A stretch of DNA of 62,769 bases from Thermodesulfobacteriota bacterium. GTDB taxonomy: Bacteria > Desulfobacterota > GWC2-55-46 > DRQE01. Shown here piece after piece: positions 46,534 through 55,279 of this stretch; the first letter of the stretch is position 1, and each line of letters begins with the position of its first letter. Made by a program: the position numbers and the translations under genes. The stretch lies in contig DASRUI010000129.1 of the NCBI GenBank assembly GCA_035655515.1, positions 1-62,769 of the forward strand, written 5' to 3'. The notes below the pieces were generated by a model that was given only the letters and a program-made list of their open reading frames with translations, had not been told where the DNA came from and searched no databases.

Positions 46534-47556
46534 ATGATTATGGCAAACAAACTTCTAAAAAAAGAAAAACTCGCCTCTCTCATCAGCGGCGTCATTAAGA
46601 AGGGCGGCGTATTCGTCGCTCCGAAGGTTGTGGCGCGGCAGGTTGTTTATTGCCCCGTAACCACGGCGGAGGAGCTCGCCCCGGATTACATAGCGCCGAG
46701 GAATTCCTTTAAAGAGGTCTTCTTTCCGCAGACCGAGGTCATAGCGGAATTTAAGACCGGCAAGGAAGGCACGGAACTGTCGGACGCGAAGGTTACTCCG
46801 AAAAAGACGGTGGTATTCGGCTCGAGGCCGTGCGACGCCGCGAGCGGCGCTTCCTTACGGAGCGTTTTCACGTGGGACTTTGTGGACGAGTTCTATACAA
46901 AGAGGGAAGACAACTCGATTGTGATGAGCATAGCCTGCACAAAAGGCGACGAGTCGTGTTTTTGCGCCACAGTCGGCTTAAAGCCGGATTCCACGGACGG
47001 GAGCGACATACTCCTCAGAGAGGCAGAGGACGGTAATTTCGCCGTTCAGGCGGTAACGGAAAAAGGCAAGGCTTTTATTCAGGAACATAAAGACGCCTTC
47101 GAGGACGACCCGGGCGTAAAGACAAAGGAGATATTCAAGCCAACGGAGCTTAAAAACGTTGACCTCAAGACTCTCTCGGAGAATCTTAAAAAGCGCGAGC
47201 ATTACGAAGACGTGAATTGGGTTCAGCTGGCGGCTAAATGCATAGGGTGCGGCGCTTGCACGTTTTCGTGCCCCACCTGCCACTGCTTCGACATAACGGA
47301 CGAGGGGAGTTTTTCGGAAGGCGAGAGGAGAAAGAACTGGGACGCGTGCCAGTTCGATTTCTTCACCCTCCACGCGAGCGGGCATAATCCGAGGGACGCC
47401 CAGTATAAGAGGTGGAGAAACAGGTTTATGTGCAAGTTCAACATATACCCGGAAAAATTCAAGACAAAGGGTTGCGTGGGTTGCGGAAGGTGCGTGAGGG
47501 TGTGCCCCGTGAGGCTCGACATAACCGAAGTAATGGCCGAGATGTCTAAAATATAA
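46534..47556 (+). CDS. AsrA/HydB-like 2x[4Fe-4S] protein (FlxB-like)
   Basis: CIGCGACTFSCPTCHC and CVGCGRCVRVCPV. Overall layout resembles anaerobic sulfite reductase subunit A / sulfhydrogenase beta. Confidence 0.7.
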   Translation: MIMANKLLKKEKLASLISGVIKKGGVFVAPKVVARQVVYCPVTTAEELAPDYIAPRNSFKEVFFPQTEVIAEFKTGKEGTELSDAKVTPKKTVVFGSRPCDAASGASLRSVFTWDFVDEFYTKREDNSIVMSIACTKGDESCFCATVGLKPDSTDGSDILLREAEDGNFAVQAVTEKGKAFIQEHKDAFEDDPGVKTKEIFKPTELKNVDLKTLSENLKKREHYEDVNWVQLAAKCIGCGACTFSCPTCHCFDITDEGSFSEGERRKNWDACQFDFFTLHASGHNPRDAQYKRWRNRFMCKFNIYPEKFKTKGCVGCGRCVRVCPVRLDITEVMAEMSKI

Positions 47557-47563
47557 GATAATT

Positions 47564-47602
47564 CTCCCTCTCCCCTTTGGGGAGAGGGTTGGGGTGAGGG
47601 GT
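47564..47602 (+). repeat. Hairpin repeat TCTCCCTCTCCCC-loop-GGGGAGAGGGTTGGGGTGAGGGG
   Basis: tctccctctcccctttggggagagggttggggtgagggg, 82 nt upstream of the next ATG. Confidence 0.8.
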
Positions 47603-47684
47603 ATTGGGATTGCTTCCTCGTTCGTCTCCGGATGTATGCGAAAGGGGACTGTCCCCGGAATTGAAGGGTTTCAGGGAAATAATT

Positions 47685-48518
47685 ATGGCCAACATATATC
47701 TGCCGGAACTTGTTACCATAGAAGACGTAAGGGACGAGGCGCCTGACGTAAGGACACTGAGGCTCGTTTTCAAGGACCCCTCGCGGAGGGATAGTTTCGA
47801 GTTCAAGACAGGCCAGTTCGCCCTGTATTCGGCCTTTGGCTACGGAGAATCCACCTTTTGCATAGCCTCGCCTTCGACCCGCAAAGGTTATGTCGAATGC
47901 ACCTTCAGGCGGAGCGGAAGGGTAACAGGGGCGTTGTCCCAACTGGACGTCGGCGACACAATGGGTTTCAGGGGCCCTTACGGGAACTCTTTTCCCGTAG
48001 AGGAGTGGAAGGGCAAGAACCTCGTTTTCATAGCCGGCGGCATAGGGCTTCCGCCCGTCCGTAGCGTAATCTGGACTTGCCTCGACAATAGGAAAGATTA
48101 CGGCGATATAACCATAGTTTACGGCGCGAAGACGGTTAACGATCTCGTCTATAAGAGCGAGCTCAAGGAGTGGGAAGAGAGAGGCGACGTAACGCTCGTT
48201 CAAACCGTTGACCCGGGCGGCGAGACGAGCGAGTGGAAGGGCAAGGTCGGCTTCGTGCCGACCGTCGTCACAGAGACCGCGCCCAAGCCCGGGAACACGG
48301 TTTGCGTGATATGCGGGCCTCCCGTCATGATAAAGTTTTCTTTGCAGGCGCTCGAAAAATCGGGCTTTAGCGCGGACTCTGTTTATACGACCCTGGAGAA
48401 CAAGATGAAGTGCGGCGTGGGCAAGTGCGGAAGGTGCAACGTCGGAGACGTTTATGTTTGCAAGGAAGGCCCTGTCTATACCGCGTCTGAAATTAAAAAG
48501 ATGTATAATGATTTTTAA
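47685..48518 (+). CDS. FAD/NAD(P)H-binding oxidoreductase with C-terminal [2Fe-2S] (AsrB/HydG/PyrK/FlxA-like)
   Basis: ATG at 47685. FNR-like fold: GQFALYS...STFCIASP (FAD), LVFIAGGIGLPPV (NAD(P)), MKCGVGKCGRCNVG...VCKEGPV (2Fe-2S). Confidence 0.8.
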   Translation: MANIYLPELVTIEDVRDEAPDVRTLRLVFKDPSRRDSFEFKTGQFALYSAFGYGESTFCIASPSTRKGYVECTFRRSGRVTGALSQLDVGDTMGFRGPYGNSFPVEEWKGKNLVFIAGGIGLPPVRSVIWTCLDNRKDYGDITIVYGAKTVNDLVYKSELKEWEERGDVTLVQTVDPGGETSEWKGKVGFVPTVVTETAPKPGNTVCVICGPPVMIKFSLQALEKSGFSADSVYTTLENKMKCGVGKCGRCNVGDVYVCKEGPVYTASEIKKMYNDF

Positions 48519-48529
48519 AGGAGCCCGTT

Positions 48530-49318
48530 ATGGCGAACGATAAAAAACAGATAAAGCAGATAGCTACCGGCGACAGGACCATACCCCCGAAAGACGCTCT
48601 TATGATACCCATATACATAATGGGCAAGGAGTACGTGGTTCCCGAGACCCTTACCATAATGAAGGCCATAGAGTATTCAGGGTACAAGTATGTGAGGGGT
48701 TGCGGCTGCAGGGGAGGGATATGCGGCGCGTGCGCCACGTTCTACCGCTTTATTGGAGACTATAAGTTGAGAACCGGGCTCGCCTGCCAGACGGTCGTCG
48801 CGGCGAACATGGTCATAGTCCAGTTGCCGTTCTTTCCGTCGAACAGGCCGCGCTACGACCTCGCGGGGATTAGCAATGGCCCGCACGAGGAATTGAGGCG
48901 TCTTTATCCCGAGGTCTTCAAGTGCGTCGGATGCGGCACGTGCACGAGGACGTGCCCCATGGACATAGACGTCATGGACTACATAGCGCTCATGAAAAGA
49001 GGGGATTTGAAAGGCGCGGCGCATAAGAGTTTCGACTGCGTCATGTGCGGTCTTTGCGCTTCGAGGTGCCCGGCCCAGATATCCCAGTTCACGGCCGCGA
49101 TGTTCGTAAGGCGTCTTTACGGCAGGTACATATTGCCTGCGGCGGAACATCTCAAAAAGAGGGTCGAGGAAGTCAAAAGCGGCAAATACGAGCCCATGCT
49201 CAAGGAACTCGTGGGAAAGAAAGAGGAAGAGGTGAAAAAGCTTTACGTGGAGCGCGAGAGGGAGCCGGATCTGTCCGAGCAGGGCGCGTGGCTTCCGAAG
49301 GATAAGACGAAGCTGTAG
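48530..49318 (+). CDS. SdhB/FrdB-like iron-sulfur protein (2Fe-2S plus two cubane motifs)
   Basis: GCRGGICGACAT parallels SCREGICGSCAM of SdhB. Followed by CVGCGTCTRTCP and CVMCGLCASRCP. Confidence 0.7.
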   Translation: MANDKKQIKQIATGDRTIPPKDALMIPIYIMGKEYVVPETLTIMKAIEYSGYKYVRGCGCRGGICGACATFYRFIGDYKLRTGLACQTVVAANMVIVQLPFFPSNRPRYDLAGISNGPHEELRRLYPEVFKCVGCGTCTRTCPMDIDVMDYIALMKRGDLKGAAHKSFDCVMCGLCASRCPAQISQFTAAMFVRRLYGRYILPAAEHLKKRVEEVKSGKYEPMLKELVGKKEEEVKKLYVEREREPDLSEQGAWLPKDKTKL

Positions 49319-49407
49319 GGAAGGGGACTGTCCCGGATTTACGTGTTTCGTTGTCATTCCCGAGGCTTTAATCGGGAATCCAGGGATTTTTGTTTTAAAG
49401 ACAAAGA

Positions 49408-49441
49408 CTGGATTCCCGCTCAAAAGATTGCGGGAATGACA
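49408..49441. repeat. GGATTCCCGC...GCGGGAATGAC hairpin repeat
   Basis: ctggattcccgctcaaaagattgcgggaatgaca. Near-identical units at 11279-11312 and, inverted, at 61459-61492. A sister unit lies at 49353-49384. Confidence 0.8.
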
Positions 49442-49514
49442 AAAGAGGGACAGATTTACGGGCTTCGCTTGGCGGAGTCCCCGGAACTAAACAACGCTAA
49501 AAAGAGAGGCCAAG

Positions 49515-51170
49515 ATGAGCGGCTACACGAGAGAACTCAAAGAACTCATAAAAAAGGTCGAGGCGACGCGAGGGAAGCGGGTCGAGCGCGCCAGGAAAGG
49601 CGAGCACTTTCCCGCCCTCACCATGGACGAGAGAAAAAAATGGCTCAAGCAATACCATCCCGACTATAAGTCCGACGGGAGGAGGGCGGTTCTCGCGGGG
49701 CCCAATAAGGGAGACGTGTTCCCCGAGGAGGTCGCGGTTCTCCTCGAATCCGAAAGCCTGCTTGACGCCGAAGGCCTTGCCATAAGCAAGCCTGACTACG
49801 AAACCGACGTGCTCGTCATAGGCGGCGGAGGCGCCGGAACATCGGCCGCTCTTTACGCCGCGGCCGAGGGCGCGAGAGTCATACTCTCGACAAAGCTCCG
49901 CCACGGCGATTCCAACACCGTCATGGCCGAGGGCGGCATACAGTGCGCGGACCATGAAGGAGATTCTCCGTACTTTCACTATCTGGACGTCATGGGCGGA
50001 GGACACTTCACGAACCAGCCCGACCTCGTCGCGGCCATGACGAACGACGCCCCCTTGATAGTGAGCTGGCTCGAAGAGATGGGGCTGATGTTCGACAAGC
50101 TTCCGGCCGGAAGGATGAAAGTCAGGCACGGCGGAGGCACCTCGAGGAAACGCATGCACTCGGCCGGAGACATGACCGGAGCCGAGATAATGAGGGTCTT
50201 AAGGGACGAGGCGCAGAACAGGACCGAAAAGATAAAGGTGATGGAATTTTCCCCGGCCGTCGAACTTCTTACGGATAAGTCCGGAGCAATCGCCGGGGCG
50301 ATATTGTATAACCTCGAAACAAAGGAATATTACGTGGTCGCGGCCAAGTCCGTCATCATAGCGACCGGCGGCTTCGGAAGGTTGCACATACAGGGTTTCC
50401 CCACGACAAACCACTACGGCGCCACGGCGGACGGCATTGTTATGGCCTACAGGGCGGGAGTCAGGATGCAGGATCTCGATTCCACCCAGTACCACCCGAC
50501 CGGGGTTGTTTTTCCGGAGCAGAACGTCGGGCTTCTCATAACCGAGAAGGTGAGGGGGCTCGGAACGCAGCTCGTGAACGTCGAGGGGGAAGAGTTCTGT
50601 TTTCCGCTCGAGCCGAGGGACATAGAATCCTCCTGCATAATAAGGGAGTGCCTTGAAATAGGCAAGGGCGTGAACACCCCGACGGGAAGAATCGGCGTTT
50701 GGCTGGATTCCCCGATGATAGACCTGATACACGGCGAAGGCACCATAAGAAAAGAACTTCCGGCCAAGTATATACAGTTTAAGCGCTACAACATCGACAT
50801 AAGCAAGGAGCCCATGCTCATTTACCCGACGTTGCATTATCAAAACGGCGGGCTCAGCATAAACGACAAGAGCGAAACATCCGTTAAGGGGCTTTACGCG
50901 GCGGGAGAGGTATCCGGAGGGGTGCACGGAAGAAACAGGCTCATGGGGAATTCCCTTCTGGACATACTGGTCTTCGGAAGAAGGGCGGGACAAAACGCGG
51001 CCGAATATTCGAAGAAGACGGCCTCTTATCCCGCGCCTACGCTTAATCACGTGAAGGCGTTCCATAAGGAACTCGACAAGGCAGGAGTGAAGGCTCCCGT
51101 AAAGGCGCCGGTGCTTCTTCCGGATTACGCGCCCGACCACGTGAAGAAAAGGCAGTGGTCACAGGAATAG
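49515..51170 (+). CDS. Fumarate reductase/succinate dehydrogenase-type flavoprotein, non-covalent-FAD type, with ~85-aa N-terminal extension
   Basis: DVLVIGGGGAGTSAAL, YHPTG, LITEKVRGLG, LHYQNGG and HGRNRLMGNSL parallel the FrdA/SdhA motifs (FHPT, TEG.RGEGG, HY.MGG, NRLG.NSL). The histidine that carries covalent FAD is absent (GDSNTVMAEGG versus [10 protein letters not shown] in the 57255 gene). Confidence 0.75.
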   Translation: MSGYTRELKELIKKVEATRGKRVERARKGEHFPALTMDERKKWLKQYHPDYKSDGRRAVLAGPNKGDVFPEEVAVLLESESLLDAEGLAISKPDYETDVLVIGGGGAGTSAALYAAAEGARVILSTKLRHGDSNTVMAEGGIQCADHEGDSPYFHYLDVMGGGHFTNQPDLVAAMTNDAPLIVSWLEEMGLMFDKLPAGRMKVRHGGGTSRKRMHSAGDMTGAEIMRVLRDEAQNRTEKIKVMEFSPAVELLTDKSGAIAGAILYNLETKEYYVVAAKSVIIATGGFGRLHIQGFPTTNHYGATADGIVMAYRAGVRMQDLDSTQYHPTGVVFPEQNVGLLITEKVRGLGTQLVNVEGEEFCFPLEPRDIESSCIIRECLEIGKGVNTPTGRIGVWLDSPMIDLIHGEGTIRKELPAKYIQFKRYNIDISKEPMLIYPTLHYQNGGLSINDKSETSVKGLYAAGEVSGGVHGRNRLMGNSLLDILVFGRRAGQNAAEYSKKTASYPAPTLNHVKAFHKELDKAGVKAPVKAPVLLPDYAPDHVKKRQWSQE

Positions 51171-51395
51171 GAAATTCTTGACAAGGGGATAGTCTTATAG
51201 TAAAAAAGGGTGAAAAATCCCTTTGCAACTGACGGAATAAAGGTGGTTACCACCGGGAAGCACAGGGCGGGTACCCATGCGAAGCATGGGTCGGGATAAT
51301 TGTCGACCGTCTGGGCAAATAAAGCGCATCCTTTTTTTAAAAGAAAAGGATAGCTTGTGCTTGGGCGGTTTTTTGTTTTAGAAGCGCGACAATCC

Positions 51396-51424
51396 TTGAC
51401 TACGGGCTTTTTTTGAGGATAAAT
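51396..51424 (+). promoter_or_regulatory. Possible sigma-70 promoter for sucCD
   Basis: TTGACT (51396-51401), a 17-nt spacer, then ATAAAT (51419-24), 33 nt upstream of the sucC ATG, which carries an AAGGAG RBS. Confidence 0.35.
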
Positions 51425-51456
51425 AATATCGCATTCGCGCTTTTTAAGGAGAATCC

Positions 51457-52635
51457 ATGAACATCCACGAATATCAGGCCAAAGAACTTCTCTCAAGGTA
51501 CGGGGTTCGAGTGCCCAGAGGCAAAGTCGCCTTTACTCCGGCCGAGGCCGAGGAAGCGGCAAGGGAATTCCTGAAGGACGGATCAATGTGCGTGGTCAAG
51601 GCTCAGATACACGCGGGAGGCCGCGGCAAGGCCGGAGGGGTTAAGCTCGCGAAGACCAAGGACGAGGCAACGGCCTTCACCGCCGAACTCCTCGGAAAGA
51701 TTTTAGTAACGCACCAGACCGGAGCGCAAGGCAAAGAAGTCAAGAAGGTGCTTGTCGAAGAGGGTTGCGCCATTGCCAAGGAATATTACCTCGGAGTCGT
51801 GGTTGACAGGGCCAGCCAGAGCGTTACTCTTATCGCTTCGAGCGAGGGAGGAGTCGAGATAGAAGAGGTCGCGGCAAAATCCCCGGAAAAAATCTTGAAG
51901 GTATCGGTGGATATTGCCGTCGGGCTTATGCCGTTTCAGGCCCGTAACATAGCCTTTGCCCTCGGCATGGACAAAAACGCCGTTAATAAGGCCGTTAAGT
52001 TCATGGCCTCCCTTTATAACGCGTTCGTTGACCTCGATTGTTCCATGGCCGAGATAAACCCGCTTGTGGTCACGAAAGACGGGGACGTTATGGCTCTCGA
52101 CGCGAAGATTTCATTCGACGATAACGCGCTTTTCCGCCACAAAGACATCGAAGGCATGCGCGACCCGGACGAGGAAGACCCCAAGGAAGTCGCGGCATCG
52201 AGGTTCAACCTCAACTACGTCTCCCTTGACGGCAATATCGGGTGCATGGTGAACGGGGCGGGCCTCGCTATGGCCACGATGGACATGATAAAACTCTCCG
52301 GCGGAAGCCCGGCGAACTTTCTCGACGTCGGGGGCGGAGCGACGAAGGAGCAGGTTACGGCCGCGTTCAAGCTCCTGATGTCGGACCCTAACGTGGAGGC
52401 GGTTTTAGTGAACATATTCGGCGGCATAATGAAGTGCGACATAATAGCCGAGGGCATAGTGCAGGCCGCCAAAGACGTGGGCGTGAAGATCCCTCTCGTG
52501 GTAAGGCTTCAGGGCACTAACGTTGACAAGGGCAGGAAAATTCTCAATGAGTCGGGACTCAACATAATATCCGCCGAGCACATGGACGATGCCGCGAAAA
52601 AAGCAGTGCAAGCGGTTCGGGGAGCCAAGAGATGA
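51457..52635 (+). CDS. sucC: Succinyl-CoA ligase (ADP-forming) beta subunit
   Basis: [12 protein letters not shown] ... [18 protein letters not shown] ... [11 protein letters not shown] ... [10 protein letters not shown]. Confidence 0.9.
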   Translation: MNIHEYQAKELLSRYGVRVPRGKVAFTPAEAEEAAREFLKDGSMCVVKAQIHAGGRGKAGGVKLAKTKDEATAFTAELLGKILVTHQTGAQGKEVKKVLVEEGCAIAKEYYLGVVVDRASQSVTLIASSEGGVEIEEVAAKSPEKILKVSVDIAVGLMPFQARNIAFALGMDKNAVNKAVKFMASLYNAFVDLDCSMAEINPLVVTKDGDVMALDAKISFDDNALFRHKDIEGMRDPDEEDPKEVAASRFNLNYVSLDGNIGCMVNGAGLAMATMDMIKLSGGSPANFLDVGGGATKEQVTAAFKLLMSDPNVEAVLVNIFGGIMKCDIIAEGIVQAAKDVGVKIPLVVRLQGTNVDKGRKILNESGLNIISAEHMDDAAKKAVQAVRGAKR

Positions 52636-53507
52636 GCATACTCGTAAATAAATCCACGAAGGTAATCTGTCAGGGAATAACCGGCGAGCAGGGCGCTTTT
52701 CATACCGCCCAGATGGTCGCCTACGGCACCCGGATGGTCGGAGGCGTAACGCCGGGCAAGGGCGGAACGGACGTTAACGGCATTCCGGTCTTTAACACCG
52801 TGGGAGAGGCCAAGAAAAAGACAAATGCCGACGCCTCCGTCATATACGTTCCCGCGGCCTTTGCCGCCGACGCCATAATGGAGGCAATTGACGCGGGAAT
52901 CGGCCTTATTATCTGCATAACCGAAGGCATACCCGTCGTTGACATGATAAAGGTGAAAAAATTTATGCAGGGAAAACCCTCGAGGCTTGTCGGGCCGAAC
53001 TGCCCCGGCGTCATAACTCCGGATGAGTGCAAGATAGGCATAATGCCGGGACACATCCACAAGAAAGGCTCCATAGGAGTGGTATCGAGGAGCGGGACAC
53101 TTACCTACGAGGCGGTTGACCAGTTGACGCGTCTCGGACTCGGGCAATCCACCTGCGTCGGCATAGGCGGAGACCCGATAAACGGCGCTAATTTCATAGA
53201 CGTATTGGGCATGTTCGAAAAAGACCCGGAAACTTCGGCGATGATAATGATAGGAGAGATAGGCGGAAGCGCGGAGGAAGAGGCCGCGGAGTTCATAAAG
53301 AAAAACGTCAAAAAGCCCGTCGTCGCCTACATAGCCGGGGTTACGGCCCCGAAAGGCAAGAGGATGGGGCACGCCGGGGCCATCATAGCCGGAGGCAAGG
53401 GCACGGCGGACGAAAAATACGCGGCATTGGAAATGGCCGGAATAAAGACCACCAGAAGCCCGGCCGAACTCGGCAAGACCGTCATGGAACTCGTGAAGAA
53501 AGCGTGA
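52632..53507 (+). CDS. sucD: Succinyl-CoA ligase alpha subunit
   Basis: [14 protein letters not shown] ... GPNCPGVI ... SRSGTLTYE ... GIGGDP ... MGHAGAII (phosphohistidine loop). ATGA overlap with sucC. Confidence 0.95.
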   Translation: MSILVNKSTKVICQGITGEQGAFHTAQMVAYGTRMVGGVTPGKGGTDVNGIPVFNTVGEAKKKTNADASVIYVPAAFAADAIMEAIDAGIGLIICITEGIPVVDMIKVKKFMQGKPSRLVGPNCPGVITPDECKIGIMPGHIHKKGSIGVVSRSGTLTYEAVDQLTRLGLGQSTCVGIGGDPINGANFIDVLGMFEKDPETSAMIMIGEIGGSAEEEAAEFIKKNVKKPVVAYIAGVTAPKGKRMGHAGAIIAGGKGTADEKYAALEMAGIKTTRSPAELGKTVMELVKKA

Positions 53508-53510
53508 TAT

Positions 53511-53709
53511 AAAAAACCCGTAGTTGCGTATATCGCAGGGGTTACCGCCCCCAAGGGAAAGAGGATGGGCCACGCCGGAGCCATCATAGCAAGAGGCTGA
53601 GGGCACGGCGGACGAAAAATACGCGGCATTGGAAATGGCCGGTATAAAGACCACAAGAAGCCCGGCCGAACTCGGCAAGACCGTCATGGAACTCGCGAAG
53701 AAAGTGTGA
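53511..53709 (+). pseudogene. Ghost copy of the last ~65 codons of sucD (frameshifted, premature stop)
   Basis: Starts 3 nt after the sucD stop and aligns with 53311-53507. The first 27 codons encode the same peptide ([27 protein letters not shown]) with 14 synonymous changes. A 1-nt insertion (ggcTGAggg versus ggcAAGggc) then creates a stop and frameshift. The last ~110 nt are nearly identical. Confidence 0.85.
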
Positions 53710-53763
53710 TAAATTGTAAAAGCCCGTTATAATCCGTCTGTAAACAGTAAGGAGATTTTTAAG

Positions 53764-53967
53764 ATGAGCGAGGCCGCGAAGAAACTCCCGAGAATCGTGA
53801 TAAGCGAAAGACTCTGCAAGGGGTGCAGCATCTGCGTTGATTTTTGCCCCACGAACGTGCTCGAGATGAAGGGTTCGATTGTTGCGGTGAAAAATCTGGA
53901 GGCCTGCACGAGGTGCCAGCTCTGCGATTTAAGGTGTCCGGACTTCGCCATACAGGTATTTGATTGA
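53764..53967 (+). CDS. korD: 2-oxoacid:ferredoxin oxidoreductase delta subunit (2x[4Fe-4S] ferredoxin)
   Basis: CKGCSICVDFCP and CTRCQLCDLRCP, 67 aa, directly upstream of the alpha subunit. Confidence 0.8.
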   Translation: MSEAAKKLPRIVISERLCKGCSICVDFCPTNVLEMKGSIVAVKNLEACTRCQLCDLRCPDFAIQVFD

Positions 53968-54120
53968 GTATGCAGAACGTCATAACTTCGCATACCCGAC
54001 CCACACTTTGTGTGGGCGCCCCTGCTTTGTCCTGACGTTCTGTGGTGCGCTGGCGCTGTCTGACATTATAGGGTAGGATTTTTCGGAAGCCTTACAGTAA
54101 GTTCACGGAGGGTCTTAAAC

Positions 54121-55254
54121 ATGGCCGAGAAGAGAGCCAAAAAATTCATGCAGGGCAACGAGGCCTGCGTAGAGGGCGCGCTTTACGCCGGATGCAGGTT
54201 TTACGGCGGATATCCCATAACCCCCTCGACCGAGGTCGCGGAGCACATGTCGGTCAGGCTTCCGAAGCTCGGAGGCAAGTTCATCCAGACGGAAGACGAG
54301 ATAGCCGCCATATCGGTGATAGTCGGCGCCTCTTTAGCCGGCATGAAGACCCTTACCGCCACGAGCGGCCCCGGTTTTTCCCTTAAGCAGGAAGGCATTG
54401 GCTACGCTTGCATGGCCGAGGTGCCGTGCGTGATAATAAACGTGATGAGGGGCGGCCCTTCGACGGGTTATCCGACAGGCCCGGGGCAATCCGACGTCAT
54501 GCAGGCCAAGTGGGGCACGCACGGAGACCATCCCGTGATAGCCCTTACCCCGGCCTACGTGCCGGAAATACTTGCCGAGACAGTGAGGGCTTTTAACCTC
54601 GCGGAAAAATACAGGACTCCGGTCATGGTTCTTTACGATGAAATAGTCGGCCACATGAGGGAGGCCGTTACCATACCAATGCCCGGAGAACTCGAGGTCA
54701 TAGACAGAGTTAAGCCGACATGTCCTCCTGAGGAGTACCTGCCGTATGACGAAAAATACGAGGTTCCGCCTCTCGCCGCGTTCGGCGAAGGCTATCGCTT
54801 TCACGTAACCGGCCTTAACCACAAGGCCGACGGGTTTCCGACGAACGACCCGTGCGTCATAGAAGAGGGCATAAAGAGGCTTTTAAGAAAGGTGGAGAAT
54901 AATAAGAGCGATATTCTTAAAAACGACGAATTCGAACTCGACAACGCCGAGGTGGTGGTCTTCGCAATAGGCTCGACCGCGAGGAGCGCGCGTTTCGCCG
55001 TAAGGGCCTGCCGCGAGAGGGGCATAAAGGCGGGTCTTTTGAGGCCTCTCACCCTTTGGCCTTTTCCCGAGGAAGCCGTGAGAAAGACTGCCAAGAAGGC
55101 AAAGGCCATAATAGTGCCCGAGCTTAGCCTCGGCCAGATGATTTACGAGGTCGAGAGGTGCGCCCCGGGCGTAAAGACAGTCGGCATAAACAGGGTTGAC
55201 GGAGAGCCGATAAAACCGGCTCAGATTATAGAGGCCATAGAGAAGTTTAAGTAA
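54121..55254 (+). CDS. korA: 2-oxoacid (likely 2-oxoglutarate):ferredoxin oxidoreductase alpha subunit
   Basis: MQGNEACVEGALYAGCRFYGGYPITPSTEV ... TSGPGFSL ... typical OFOR alpha. The 2-oxoglutarate specificity is inferred only from the sucCD context. Confidence 0.85.
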   Translation: MAEKRAKKFMQGNEACVEGALYAGCRFYGGYPITPSTEVAEHMSVRLPKLGGKFIQTEDEIAAISVIVGASLAGMKTLTATSGPGFSLKQEGIGYACMAEVPCVIINVMRGGPSTGYPTGPGQSDVMQAKWGTHGDHPVIALTPAYVPEILAETVRAFNLAEKYRTPVMVLYDEIVGHMREAVTIPMPGELEVIDRVKPTCPPEEYLPYDEKYEVPPLAAFGEGYRFHVTGLNHKADGFPTNDPCVIEEGIKRLLRKVENNKSDILKNDEFELDNAEVVVFAIGSTARSARFAVRACRERGIKAGLLRPLTLWPFPEEAVRKTAKKAKAIIVPELSLGQMIYEVERCAPGVKTVGINRVDGEPIKPAQIIEAIEKFK

Positions 55255-55279
55255 GAGAGGATTTTCAACGGAGGTAGAT

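Noticed and set aside
51457-53507. The sucC/sucD homologues might instead be citryl-CoA synthetase (CcsA/CcsB) of an rTCA variant.
   Set aside because: The lengths (392 and 291 aa) and motifs look like ordinary SucCD. As I recall, the Ccs subunits are larger, and there is no citryl-CoA lyase nearby. This is not formally excluded without phylogeny.
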